Counted from the stretch's first letter, positions 10,255 to 19,771 are shown. The stretch is DNA of 64,000 nt from a virus (IMGVR_UViG_3300010370_000038:876-64875); one strand, 5' to 3'. Made by a program: numbers and translations. The notes: generated from the letters alone by a model not told the origin.

Positions 10255-10451
10255 TTGATGATGCCTTTACTGTACAAGAAACTCGTTGGAAAACTTGGAA
10301 AAGTTATGATAAGGACGGGAACGTACTTATTATTGCACTCACAGAAGAATCTTGTATTGCTGCAACCCGATTTTACCTTAAAGGATGCCAAGAGGGATGG
10401 AGTAATTCTGAGACAGCAACTTATGAAGGAACTGTAGGAGGCAAGCTCTGA
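10251..10451 (+). CDS. Hypothetical protein
   Basis: ATGA overlap with the upstream gene; C-terminal YEGTVGGKL. Confidence 0.75.
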   Translation: MIDDAFTVQETRWKTWKSYDKDGNVLIIALTEESCIAATRFYLKGCQEGWSNSETATYEGTVGGKL

Positions 10452-10531
10452 TATGCCACTTTAATAACTGTCACAGGGGTTCGTTTGGACCCCTGGTTTT
10501 GCTGTATAATAACTTTATTGAATTGATGACG

Positions 10532-11767
10532 ATGTTTCAACTTCGCCCCCATCAGCAACGCGCCCTTGATGCTCTCGCAAAGTATCTGAAAGGTCAGGTG
10601 ATCATCCCGACTGGCGGTGGTAAGACCAACGTTGCTATCTTCGATGCAATCCGTCAGTTTCAGAGTGCAACTCCGCAGACGATTGTTGTTGTTGCTCCTC
10701 GCATTTTGCTTGCTGAGCAACTCTCTTCTGAGTTTCTTGAGTTTATCACCAATGCTGAAGTGATGCACGTTCACTCTGGCGAAACTCACCACTACAGCAC
10801 CACCAAACCTGCTCAGATTGCTGTTCACACTGGCATGTGTCTTGCTGCTGGTAAGCATCAACTTATCTTTACCACTTACAATTCTCTGCAGCGTGTACAG
10901 CAGGCAGGTATTGATGTAAATACAATTTACTTTGATGAAGCACACAATTCTGTTCAGCGTCATTTCTTCCCTGCCACCGAGTATTTCGCTGCTGCTGCTG
11001 ACCGCTGCTATTTCTTCACTGCTACTCCTAAGCATTCTGCCACTGTTTTCAAACCTGGCATGAATGATTCTGCTGTGTATGGTCAAGTGATCTGCAGTGT
11101 TCCCGCTCCTGAACTTGTGCAGGGTGGTTTTATTGTTCCTCCTAAGGTTGTTGTGCAGCAGTTTGAGATGGTCGGCAAAGGTCAGTATGTTGCCGATGTT
11201 GACTGTGAGAACATGATTGCTACCATCGATACTCAAGATGTGAGCAAGGTTCTTATCTGCTCTAAGGCAACTAAGCAGATCATGAATCTTGTTTCTCAAA
11301 CTGACTTCTGCCAGCAACTTGAGGATCGTGGTTTCTCTTGGATGTATATTACTTCCAAGACTGGTGCTGTGATTGATGGTCGCAAGGTCAACCGTGAGGT
11401 TTTCTTTGAGACTCTAAGTGCATGGGGCAAAGATGACTCTAAGAAGTTTGTTGTTCTGCATCATAGCATTCTGAGCGAAGGTATCAACGTCTCTGGTCTT
11501 GAGGCAGTGCTGTTTATGCGTTCCATGGATTACATCGGTATCAGTCAAACTATCGGTCGGGTGATTCGTCTTCATAAGAACGACGCAGAGGGTCTCAGAA
11601 GCGGCGCTATTGCCCCTGGGAACCTTGACACCTATACCAAGTCCTTTGGACTTGTTTGCATCCCCGTGTACTCTCCTGTGGGCATCAGCACCGCTAAGAA
11701 AGTGCAGGCGGTTGTTGACATCGTTTTCAACCAGGGCGAGGCGGCAGTCAGCGTGGTCAAACGCTGA
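10532..11767 (+). CDS. Superfamily 2 (DEAH) helicase, type III restriction Res-like ATPase domain
   Basis: Q motif LRPHQ, Walker A PTGGGKT, DEAH, TAT, LSEGINV, QTIGRVIR; start chosen downstream of the -10 box at 10505. Confidence 0.9.
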   Translation: MFQLRPHQQRALDALAKYLKGQVIIPTGGGKTNVAIFDAIRQFQSATPQTIVVVAPRILLAEQLSSEFLEFITNAEVMHVHSGETHHYSTTKPAQIAVHTGMCLAAGKHQLIFTTYNSLQRVQQAGIDVNTIYFDEAHNSVQRHFFPATEYFAAAADRCYFFTATPKHSATVFKPGMNDSAVYGQVICSVPAPELVQGGFIVPPKVVVQQFEMVGKGQYVADVDCENMIATIDTQDVSKVLICSKATKQIMNLVSQTDFCQQLEDRGFSWMYITSKTGAVIDGRKVNREVFFETLSAWGKDDSKKFVVLHHSILSEGINVSGLEAVLFMRSMDYIGISQTIGRVIRLHKNDAEGLRSGAIAPGNLDTYTKSFGLVCIPVYSPVGISTAKKVQAVVDIVFNQGEAAVSVVKR

Positions 11768-11837
11768 ACTGTCACACCCTCCCTTGGGGATCCCCCCTTT
11801 CTACCCTATAATACATAAGTCAAGCGAGATTACCGCA

Positions 11838-12650
11838 ATGAACAAGCAACAGGCATTTGAAACCCTCTGCAATCACTATTTCAGTGGGATTCGTGAAGAG
11901 ATTGCTATGTCTCTTCAATTCAACGATGGCATGACTTTCGACACTGGAAAGTTCGGTGAGCGTGTCAACTTTATCCTGCATGATACCACTGGTGTTCCTT
12001 CCAATGGTGGATGTGCATTTGATGCTGCTAACTCCAGCGAAGCGAAAGGTTGCAACAAGGCACAGACTTATGTGTGCCCTGATTGTGGTGCCAAGAACAA
12101 CTATTATGCTTCTGAATGCCACAAGTGTGGTGGCACTGGTCGTAAAGATCCTAACGATACTCGCTGGGGCATTGATGCTGAAGCGCACTTCAAGTACATC
12201 GATCAAATGCCGTACTATTGCATGACGATTGTTACTCCTATCAATCGTGATGTAGACTTTCCCCAGTTTAACATCAAAGTGTATCGTATTGATGCTAAGA
12301 ATGAGTTTTTCAATGCTATGCTCCGCTATCAACTTGATAATGGTAGTAAGTCGCACAAAAACTTCATGCCTCTTGGACGTGATTTCTACATGTCTTCTCC
12401 TTTGATTTTGGTTGACTGCAATATCACTGTGACTGACTTTGGTGTTGATTTTGTCTACTTTGATTTTGATTCTGAAGGTCGTGTGATGCACACTATGCCT
12501 ATCAATTTGTTCACCAAGAAAGAGCAAAAGCAACTCCAAGATATTGGTGGTGGTCTTTGCTCGATTCTTGAGGCAGTCAATGTCATTGGTGTTAAGGAGT
12601 CTACCCACGGTAAGGATCGTGGCAATCTGAACCGCAACAAAAACATTTGA
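11838..12650 (+). CDS. MamI-like PD-(D/E)xK endonuclease with Zn ribbon
   Basis: D...EAK core (AFDAANSSEAK), then C-x-x-x-Q, CPDCG...CHKCG and DTRW, an order recalled for the MamI restriction endonuclease family; own promoter cassette. Confidence 0.6.
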   Translation: MNKQQAFETLCNHYFSGIREEIAMSLQFNDGMTFDTGKFGERVNFILHDTTGVPSNGGCAFDAANSSEAKGCNKAQTYVCPDCGAKNNYYASECHKCGGTGRKDPNDTRWGIDAEAHFKYIDQMPYYCMTIVTPINRDVDFPQFNIKVYRIDAKNEFFNAMLRYQLDNGSKSHKNFMPLGRDFYMSSPLILVDCNITVTDFGVDFVYFDFDSEGRVMHTMPINLFTKKEQKQLQDIGGGLCSILEAVNVIGVKESTHGKDRGNLNRNKNI

Positions 12651-12657
12651 GGTAACT

Positions 12658-12810
12658 ATGAGTAACATTCGTCGCACTGTTTATGCACTTTGGATCGATG
12701 ATGAAGTGCATTCAATTTGGAAAAGGGCATGGCAGGCAGAGAGTCGCCTGATCTCATATCGTAAGCGCAAACCCAACTCTGTTGTTGAACTTGAGGAGGT
12801 TAATTACTAA
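12658..12810 (+). CDS. Hypothetical protein, 50 aa (not in ORF track)
   Basis: GAGG SD, MSNIRRTVYALW...EEVNY*. Confidence 0.65.
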   Translation: MSNIRRTVYALWIDDEVHSIWKRAWQAESRLISYRKRKPNSVVELEEVNY

Positions 12811-12956
12811 TGAGAGAGTTTCTTGAAATTATCGCAATCATTGCCCTTTGGTATGGTTGTATGCTGTTACTTCTTCCAGTTTCTCCATTCACTTCTGTAA
12901 TTATGAGTGGATGGTTTGGTTGGAATTTACTTCAAATTTTTAGAGGCAAACGTTGA
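12810..12956 (+). CDS. Small membrane protein, 48 aa (not in ORF track)
   Basis: GGAGG SD, TAATG overlap, MREFLEIIAIIALWYGCMLLLL... Confidence 0.65.
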   Translation: MREFLEIIAIIALWYGCMLLLLPVSPFTSVIMSGWFGWNLLQIFRGKR

Positions 12957-13183
12957 CGGATCCCTACATGCTAACTCTATCTGCAAAACCTCCAGACTAC
13001 GTTACTAAAGATGGAATGTGGGCAGCGATACCCTTTTCGGGTACAAAGTATGTTATAATCAATCATGGAAAGCAGGTCCATGTTGCCAACAACTTTGATA
13101 CTGCTGTCGCTTACATAAAGAAACAAGTTTCAATCTCACGCAAATCCAAAAGCAAAGCAAAACTCAATTTCGATCATGATTAG
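12953..13183 (+). CDS. Hypothetical protein (start possibly 12968)
   Basis: YVTKDGMWAAIPF...YVIINHGKQV motif, basic C-terminus. Confidence 0.7.
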   Translation: MTDPYMLTLSAKPPDYVTKDGMWAAIPFSGTKYVIINHGKQVHVANNFDTAVAYIKKQVSISRKSKSKAKLNFDHD

Positions 13184-13406
13184 TATGCCAAACCCAATCA
13201 CCAAAAGTATAGTTCACATGGAACTCACCGCTGCTGAACTCAGTGTACTTATTTCTGCACTTGCATACCTTGGAGCGAGTTATGAGCAGGAGTTGAGTGT
13301 CAAGTACACTTCTGTAAGTGCTCTGTTCAACAAACTCAAAGAAAACTGGGAGATTCTTGATACTTTCGATAAAATCGAAGTCGAAGCGGGGGCAGAGGCA
13401 GTCTAG
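13176..13406 (+). CDS. Hypothetical protein
   Basis: ORF coupled to the upstream gene. Confidence 0.6.
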   Translation: MISMPNPITKSIVHMELTAAELSVLISALAYLGASYEQELSVKYTSVSALFNKLKENWEILDTFDKIEVEAGAEAV

Positions 13407-13507
13407 GTCCTCTGCAGCGAAATTTCAAAAAAATCAGGTTTTTGCCCCAGTCATAGCAAGGGGTTTGGGCAGGGTGGTCAATCCATACCTGCCCATTAGG
13501 CATTTTT

Positions 13508-13514
13508 CTAAATA
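13508..13514 (+). promoter_or_regulatory. T4-type late promoter box
   Basis: CTAAATA about 20 nt before the halogenase-family ATG; the same box precedes structural genes in this window. Confidence 0.6.
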
Positions 13515-13533
13515 GCACAGAATTGTAATAATT

Positions 13534-15645
13534 ATGAAAATTTGTATTGTTGGTCAAGGTGTTGCTGGATGGATGACAGCAACTGCATTGTCAAGACGGG
13601 GCATTCCTAATCTTGAAAAAATTACAATCATAGGTTCTGAAGAAATAAAATCTATTGGTGTTGGAGAATCAAACACAATGGCGTTATTGCATTTTTTTCA
13701 AAACTATAATATACCATTAGATAGTTTTATAAGAGACTCTGATGCATCTGTAAAACTTGGTGTTTATTATAAAGATTGGGGAGACCATGATTTCTTACAT
13801 AATTTTAAGCAAGGATCTGCTATTGCTGATGATTTTTTATTCAAATCTCTTTCTAATAAACCACCAGAAGTTTCAGTTACAGATATAATTGCTCCAGAGT
13901 TATGGAAAAAAATTCATCATAACTTAATACCATTGACTGACGAATGGTATGGTAGATCCTGGCATTTTGATGCTGCAAAATTTATTTCTTTTCTTGAGAA
14001 ATTAAATAAATCTAATTCATTAATAGAATCAATAAAAGATAATGTAGATGATTGTGTCTTTTCTGCTAATGGTGAATTAAAAAGTTTAATCTTAAAATCT
14101 GGAAATAAAATAAATGCAGATTATTTCGTATTTGCAAACGGTTCATCTTCTCCAACTTTAAATGCTAAACTTGGAAAAAAATATGTTGATCTCTCTGATA
14201 TACTTTTAACCAATAAAGCCTGGGTTTATCCCCTAAAATTTACAGATAAAAGAAAACAATTTCATCCATATACAATGGCAAAAGCAATGAATTGTGGATG
14301 GAGATGGATAACTCCTACTTATTCTAGAATTGGGACTGGATATGTTTTTAGCTCAAGACATATTAGTGATGATGAAGCATTAAATGAATTTTTAATGGAT
14401 ATTGGTGATACCTCAATTTCTCCAAAATTAGTTGATTTTAAACCAAGATATGATGAACAAACATTTAAACAAAACTATTGCACTGTTGGAATGAGTAATG
14501 GATTTTTAGAACCTCTTGATGCACCAGGATTAAGTATAACAGTAGTTGCAATAGAATATTTGATTGAACTATTACAAATGAAAATTAATCAAAATTTAAC
14601 TTTTGATGAAGTTGAGTTTTATAATTTTGCTTTCAACATTCCTATGTCTGATTTATATAAAAAGTGGTGCTCTTTTATTTTAAATCAATATAAAACTTCA
14701 AACTCAAAACATACTAAATTTTGGATAGATCATCGAAATGTTCAATATGATTACTATGATGATATGTGGAAATCTATTAAATGTGGTGTGGAAATTTGGG
14801 AAGATTTTAAGACAATGTTTTGTCACACATCTGCATCAAGAAATTATCGTTGGGAAACAAATATTACACAAAAACCGATTTCTCAAAAGATACCAAAACA
14901 AGAATGGTTACATCATTTAGATTATATTGATAGTATTAGAGGCAAAACTAATACCAAAGAAGATACTTATAGTAAAGATTATTTCGTTTCTTTCAAAGAA
15001 AACATATGGGAGTTAAATAATAATTTGCAAATAGAAGAAGAAATTTTTGAAGATAGTAAAATATACTATGTTGATAACTTTTACAAAAATCCAGATAAAG
15101 TATTATCTGAAATAAAAAGTAAAAATTCTCCTCTATGGAAGATAGCGGAACCAAATACACTCAACTCTACAATGTTTGAAGATAGAAGATTGGAAATGAA
15201 ATATAAACAGTTAAGTTCTGTTTATGATTTTATTTCATCTATCGTTCATCAATCACCGCAGTATAACAAACCTAATCGATTGATCACAAACAATCTTCTT
15301 TTATACAATCATCCATATAATAATTTTGAAGACAGTTATTGGTGGCCACATCAAGATGTTGGATATACTGGTATTCTTTATTTAAATAAAGATTGTGGTG
15401 GAAAAACTGGAACCAATCTATACCAAAATCTGGGAGAAGATTTAAACAATGATGAATTTGAGCATTCATCTCCTTGGAGATCGAAGAAACTATATGGTGT
15501 AATAAAATATCTTGAATCAAAGTTCAACCGACTTGTATTATTTGATGGTCGAAAATATCTTCATGGAGCACATATTGAAGATGATAGACACATGAAAGAA
15601 CCTAGAATGAATCAGGTATTTTTCTTCGAACAAGTGGACAGTTGA
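13534..15645 (+). CDS. Flavin-dependent tryptophan-halogenase-family protein fused to a C-terminal 2OG-Fe(II) oxygenase-like (DUF6445-like) domain
   Basis: GQGVAG FAD motif, IGVGES, catalytic Lys context ASVKLG, WHFDA, GWRWITP, FLEPLD; C-terminal VDNFYKNPD...PHQD...GILYLN...GTNLY...FNRLVLFDG...HG...RMNQVFF. Confidence 0.85.
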   Translation: MKICIVGQGVAGWMTATALSRRGIPNLEKITIIGSEEIKSIGVGESNTMALLHFFQNYNIPLDSFIRDSDASVKLGVYYKDWGDHDFLHNFKQGSAIADDFLFKSLSNKPPEVSVTDIIAPELWKKIHHNLIPLTDEWYGRSWHFDAAKFISFLEKLNKSNSLIESIKDNVDDCVFSANGELKSLILKSGNKINADYFVFANGSSSPTLNAKLGKKYVDLSDILLTNKAWVYPLKFTDKRKQFHPYTMAKAMNCGWRWITPTYSRIGTGYVFSSRHISDDEALNEFLMDIGDTSISPKLVDFKPRYDEQTFKQNYCTVGMSNGFLEPLDAPGLSITVVAIEYLIELLQMKINQNLTFDEVEFYNFAFNIPMSDLYKKWCSFILNQYKTSNSKHTKFWIDHRNVQYDYYDDMWKSIKCGVEIWEDFKTMFCHTSASRNYRWETNITQKPISQKIPKQEWLHHLDYIDSIRGKTNTKEDTYSKDYFVSFKENIWELNNNLQIEEEIFEDSKIYYVDNFYKNPDKVLSEIKSKNSPLWKIAEPNTLNSTMFEDRRLEMKYKQLSSVYDFISSIVHQSPQYNKPNRLITNNLLLYNHPYNNFEDSYWWPHQDVGYTGILYLNKDCGGKTGTNLYQNLGEDLNNDEFEHSSPWRSKKLYGVIKYLESKFNRLVLFDGRKYLHGAHIEDDRHMKEPRMNQVFFFEQVDS

Positions 15646-15713
15646 GAAAGTGGCACATGATCGGTTTTTTCCGATCATCTTGCCCTATACTAACTTCATA
15701 ATCAATCAAACAC

Positions 15714-16091
15714 ATGGCAACTCGCTCTCGCATTGGTATTCAACTTGCTGATGAATCTATCCTGTCTGTGTATCATCACTGGGATGGATACCCTGAGTGG
15801 TTGGGTCGCATTCTGAGGACTCACTATAACACTAAAGATAAAGTTGCTGATCTCATCGATGGTGGTGACATGAGCACTTGCTGGGGTGAGAATAAAATGC
15901 CCGAGTATTATTCTGCTCGTGGTGAGAATTGCCCCCCTCGCCTTGATCCTGACTTGAATGAGTATCTTTGCAGCAGTGAAGAATACTCCTATATTTTTAC
16001 AAATGGTGAGTGGGTATGCTATACTGACGACTACAGAGACTTGCATACTGTAAAGCAGGTTCAAATTCCTTCTGGTGCTCTTGCCGTATGA
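15714..16091 (+). CDS. Conserved phage hypothetical early protein
   Basis: MATRSRIG...SVYHHWDGYPEWLG motif; own promoter cassette. Confidence 0.85.
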   Translation: MATRSRIGIQLADESILSVYHHWDGYPEWLGRILRTHYNTKDKVADLIDGGDMSTCWGENKMPEYYSARGENCPPRLDPDLNEYLCSSEEYSYIFTNGEWVCYTDDYRDLHTVKQVQIPSGALAV

Positions 16092-16249
16092 TTAACTTTA
16101 TCACTGGAACTATTTTCGGTATTATTGTTGCTACCGTTGGTTTTGGTCCTATTGCCAAAGCATTGGATGGTGCAATGTTTAATCTACAGAAAACCACTGT
16201 AGAGATGACCAGACCTCCGCTCCCTCCTCCTGGACAGTCTGCAAACTGA
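16088..16249 (+). CDS. Small membrane-anchored protein, 53 aa (not in ORF track)
   Basis: ATGA overlap; MINFITGTIFGIIVATVGFG... Confidence 0.65.
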   Translation: MINFITGTIFGIIVATVGFGPIAKALDGAMFNLQKTTVEMTRPPLPPPGQSAN

Positions 16250-16314
16250 CCACTGCCCCCTTTCCTGGGGCAACAGTGGCTGTATAATTACAAGGTAATC
16301 AACGGAGCACAACC

Positions 16315-16428
16315 ATGGGGGACGAAATCCAAGACATGCCTGGTGAAATCTTCGACATTGAAGAGTGGGGGCATCCGCTCGCTGAGTGCTGGCATGACAT
16401 GGAACTTAACCAAACTGAGGAGGAGTGA
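16315..16428 (+). CDS. Small acidic protein, 37 aa (not in ORF track)
   Basis: Own promoter cassette and GGAG SD; MGDEIQDMPGEIFDIEEW... Confidence 0.65.
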   Translation: MGDEIQDMPGEIFDIEEWGHPLAECWHDMELNQTEEE

Positions 16429-16506
16429 CACTTTAAAAGGTGGCACACCACGTCACCAAACCTCCCCCCTCTGCCCTATAATAACAAGGTAATCAAGAGA
16501 CACCCC

Positions 16507-16755
16507 ATGCAACTCTCCGCAATCTCCCAGATCGACGGCAAACCTTCCATGGTTGTTGACTACTACCCTGTCAAACTGAGCAACCGTCATATGTTTAAGG
16601 TGCTCAAGTTTCAAGGCGTTGATACTATGTCTTACAAGTGCATCACCAAGCGTGACTTTGAGCGTGAAATGGAAGAGCGTATTGGTCTCGGTTGGGAGGT
16701 AACTGGTTTCAACACTGAAGTCAAGAATGTTAATCCTATGATGGGTGCTTGCTGA
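16507..16755 (+). CDS. Hypothetical early protein
   Basis: Own promoter cassette; starts MQLSAISQ. Confidence 0.75.
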   Translation: MQLSAISQIDGKPSMVVDYYPVKLSNRHMFKVLKFQGVDTMSYKCITKRDFEREMEERIGLGWEVTGFNTEVKNVNPMMGAC

Positions 16756-16961
16756 TGGAAAACAAGTTCCGCATTCTTTCTTCCTTGGTTCTCTGTGTAG
16801 CATACATCATTACATTGTATGTTGACACAACTACAGGTTCTAGGTTGTATATGTTAGGCAATTCTCTGGCATTGCCTTACATGATTAAGAATAAGTGTTG
16901 GGACATTGTAGCACTTCTCGCATTCTTTATCATTGTCGGTTTACCTAAAGTAATTTCATGA
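16755..16961 (+). CDS. Small multi-pass membrane protein
   Basis: TGATG overlap, hydrophobic segments. Confidence 0.7.
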   Translation: MENKFRILSSLVLCVAYIITLYVDTTTGSRLYMLGNSLALPYMIKNKCWDIVALLAFFIIVGLPKVIS

Positions 16962-17074
16962 ACGAACAGCAAACTCAACAAAAAGAACTGATTGACTATT
17001 ACGTTGAAGATCTTGAATCTAAAGCGGCAGAACTTGAAGTCACTGTAGATTACTACATCGCTGAGTTCACCTAA
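16958..17074 (+). CDS. Small acidic protein, 38 aa (not in ORF track)
   Basis: ATGA overlap; ...KAAELEVTVDYYIAEFT*. Confidence 0.65.
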   Translation: MNEQQTQQKELIDYYVEDLESKAAELEVTVDYYIAEFT

Positions 17075-17232
17075 TGAAAGCATCCTACATCTTTCTTGCC
17101 TTTATTGGCATTCTCATGTATAATGTGTTTCTGATTCAACGTGATCAGAAAATGTTTGAAGCATACGATCGAGCGTGTGCTGCCCTGCCCAAACCTCATC
17201 CCGACTGTCGTTATTCTCCTTACAACAAATGA
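17074..17232 (+). CDS. Small membrane-anchored protein, 52 aa (not in ORF track)
   Basis: TAATG overlap; N-terminal TM segment, CAALPKPHPDC. Confidence 0.65.
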   Translation: MKASYIFLAFIGILMYNVFLIQRDQKMFEAYDRACAALPKPHPDCRYSPYNK

Positions 17233-17372
17233 CTTGCAAAGTTAAACTCTACGTCGCTGGTAAAGTGTTTGAAGAAATTGTAGAAGCGCGTGATTATGCT
17301 GATGCAAAGCGTACTGCACTTGCTCGCAATCCTTCTGCTACAGTTCTAAACGTCACTGCAGTGTTTGGTTAA
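17229..17372 (+). CDS. Small conserved cyanophage protein, 47 aa
   Basis: MTCKVKLYVAGKVFEEIVEARDYADAKRTALARNP; ATGA overlap. Confidence 0.75.
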   Translation: MTCKVKLYVAGKVFEEIVEARDYADAKRTALARNPSATVLNVTAVFG

Positions 17373-17397
17373 ATAACACTGTGTTGTTTGAACTGAA

Positions 17398-17601
17398 ATG
17401 AGTAAAATTAAAGTTCATGGTAAGTATGTTGATCAGTATGATGTCTATACAATGACATTGACTGATCAACATTTGTCTGTAAATTTCACCATGACGAAGG
17501 ATGATCTGTTGGAGATCAAAGCATCAATCGATTCTTTACTTCTCAATCAAGAGAGTCTTGATATGATGCAACAACTTAAGGAGTTATTGGGCGATGAGTG
17601 A
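17398..17601 (+). CDS. Hypothetical protein
   Basis: Follows a TAAATA box at 17370-17375; coupled to the oxygenase genes. Confidence 0.65.
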   Translation: MSKIKVHGKYVDQYDVYTMTLTDQHLSVNFTMTKDDLLEIKASIDSLLLNQESLDMMQQLKELLGDE

Positions 17602-18205
17602 TCTTTTGAAGAATGGTTGGTGCTATCTTGAAAATATATTAGATAAGGAGGAAATATCCAAAGTCACAGATGGTATATTATATGGACCATCAATCATTGA
17701 TGGAGAATATGATTCTTACCCTGGAATATTGATAGATCAACCAATTGTCAATGATCCAGTAAGAGGAAATGTACTCAGAGCATATTGCCCAAAAGAAGCA
17801 GTATTTTTGGTCAAAAGAATGCAACCAAAAATGGAACAGTTGATCGGAGAAGAACTGATACCAACATATTGGTTTAGCACTGTATATTTTAATAGATCAA
17901 GATTACATGCACATGCCGACAGAGAATCATGTGAAGTATCAATTTCATTAAATTTATGTGGAGAGTATCCGTGGAAATTTAAATTGATTGATTTTCATGG
18001 AAAAAGACAGGAAATAGTTACTCCACCAGGATCTGGTATAGCATATCTTGGAACTGAAGTATTGCATTGGAGAAGCCCATTGAGGCATGATGATAGATTC
18101 ATACAGTTATTTTTGCATTATGTGAGAAAGTATGGAAAGTATGCTCATATGTGCTATGATAATACTGATGGAAATAATACAATACCATACGATTTATTAA
18201 GATGA
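17594..18205 (+). CDS. 2OG-Fe(II) oxygenase-like protein
   Basis: PTYW...LHAHADRESCEVSISL...HWR...QLFLHYV (HxD...H triad). Confidence 0.8.
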   Translation: MSDLLKNGWCYLENILDKEEISKVTDGILYGPSIIDGEYDSYPGILIDQPIVNDPVRGNVLRAYCPKEAVFLVKRMQPKMEQLIGEELIPTYWFSTVYFNRSRLHAHADRESCEVSISLNLCGEYPWKFKLIDFHGKRQEIVTPPGSGIAYLGTEVLHWRSPLRHDDRFIQLFLHYVRKYGKYAHMCYDNTDGNNTIPYDLLR

Positions 18206-18870
18206 ACTCATTTCAACCAATTAAAAAATTTACTATTCCATACTTAATTCTAAAAGTAGAAGATTGGGATAAAAAGTATAATTTATTGTATGATCACATT
18301 TCCAAATTAAATTTATTAATTGGTAATGAATCTGGAGATTCTTATGTTCCTACTGATTTTTGGAATGGGAATAATCATGAAAATTGTAATTTTATTTCAA
18401 CTTTATTAAAAGATGAAATAGACAAAATAAGTCGAAAATTCTTTGAATATGCAAATGAATTTCAATGTTCTAATGATATGGGTTATGGCTTTGCAGAGAG
18501 TTATAATGAAGATCAACATAAATTTTTAATTAATACCAGTTGGTTTGAATTATCAAATACATATCATTGGCATCCACCCCATGATCATGGAACTACAGAA
18601 CTTGCATGTGTTCTTTACATAAACTTTGATCAAAGAGTTCACAAACCACTTGAGATGATTTCTCCATTTCTATCTTTTAGTTCTACAAGAGTTTCTTTCA
18701 CTCCAGAAAACATAGAATCTGGTGATATTATATGTTTCCCTGGAAATATAATGCACTATACTTATCCAAATGATAGCGTAGTTCCAAGGTTAGTTGCAGC
18801 ATGGAATATGAATAGAAAATTAACTTACGATCAGAATATTCAAATCAAAGAAATCACTAAAAATCAATGA
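18202..18870 (+). CDS. Putative 2OG-Fe(II) oxygenase (TIGR02466-like)
   Basis: SW...HPPHDHG...CVLYI...GDIICFPGNIMH...PN...RLVAAWN. Confidence 0.8.
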   Translation: MNSFQPIKKFTIPYLILKVEDWDKKYNLLYDHISKLNLLIGNESGDSYVPTDFWNGNNHENCNFISTLLKDEIDKISRKFFEYANEFQCSNDMGYGFAESYNEDQHKFLINTSWFELSNTYHWHPPHDHGTTELACVLYINFDQRVHKPLEMISPFLSFSSTRVSFTPENIESGDIICFPGNIMHYTYPNDSVVPRLVAAWNMNRKLTYDQNIQIKEITKNQ

Positions 18871-19112
18871 CGTTTGCGCCTGGATCTGAAGGAATCGAAG
18901 TTTTTTATGATGCTCCGAATGGAACAGAATACAAAGGAATAATCAAGTTTGCATGTGAGGATTATGTCTCACTGTGCATTAGAACTTATCCAATGCCAAA
19001 AGAGGTTGCAGTAAATGCAAGATGTGCTTTGAATGAAGTTTGTATTATTGTGTATAAAAACTACTGGGATCGTATTACTCCTATCAATGCTAGACATAAA
19101 GGACATGACTAA
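18867..19112 (+). CDS. Hypothetical protein
   Basis: ATGA overlap; GIIKFACEDYVSLCI...EVCIIVYKNYW. Confidence 0.7.
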   Translation: MTFAPGSEGIEVFYDAPNGTEYKGIIKFACEDYVSLCIRTYPMPKEVAVNARCALNEVCIIVYKNYWDRITPINARHKGHD

Positions 19113-19144
19113 ATATACACAGAAAAGTATACTTAGTTGGCTCT

Positions 19145-19771
19145 GTGGCACCACTGTTTTTAGACAGATTTAGAGATAACGTAAAAATAGGAACGATCAT
19201 TCCTTGGTCAAATAGAACTACAACACCCCCAATTGGTTGGTTAAAGTGTGATGGATCGCAATATCCTGGTCCAACTGTTAGTGAATTGTATTGGCAGTTA
19301 TATCAAGAAATAGGTACAAAATACAATACTGGTGGAGAAACCAGTGGATATTTTAGAGTTCCAAACTTACAAGATAAGTTATTAGGTAGAGCATCGGGAA
19401 CCACAGTTGTTGGTCAAGAATATGGTTCGTTGAATAGTGCATCTAATTTCAGCAATTACACTACATTGACCAATGATCACATGCCGCAGCATAATCATGT
19501 GATAAACTTTAACGGAAACTCAACTGGATCTGCCAACGCAAATAGAGCAAATAATCAAATTCTCTACCCTGGTGGCGGCGCGGTTGGTTATCAGTTTCAG
19601 AACACAAATACAGTAACAGTATTCACGAGTAATGTAACTGGTAATGCTCTTGGTGGTGGAACTGCTCAACATAGACATGCCTTAGGTAGTGGCAGTAATA
19701 AACAAACTGATTTATCTGTACTTTATTTGATTAAATATAAGTACAGTTCAAAAGACGATTTTGGTTGGTAA
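19145..19771 (+). CDS. Phage tail-collar domain protein 1
   Basis: IGTIIPW...PIGWLKCDG...FRVPNL collar motif, two HxH motifs (HNH, HRH), C-terminal YLIKY; CTAAATA box at 19109-19115. Confidence 0.85.
   Translation: MAPLFLDRFRDNVKIGTIIPWSNRTTTPPIGWLKCDGSQYPGPTVSELYWQLYQEIGTKYNTGGETSGYFRVPNLQDKLLGRASGTTVVGQEYGSLNSASNFSNYTTLTNDHMPQHNHVINFNGNSTGSANANRANNQILYPGGGAVGYQFQNTNTVTVFTSNVTGNALGGGTAQHRHALGSGSNKQTDLSVLYLIKYKYSSKDDFGW

Noticed and set aside
11610-11837. 76-aa N-terminal extension of the nuclease ORF
   Set aside because: Overlaps the helicase end and the promoter cassette; ATG at 11838 follows the -10 box
10421-12677. Long minus-strand ORFs of 298 and 285 aa
   Set aside because: Antisense shadows of codon-biased plus-strand genes that have clear motifs and promoters
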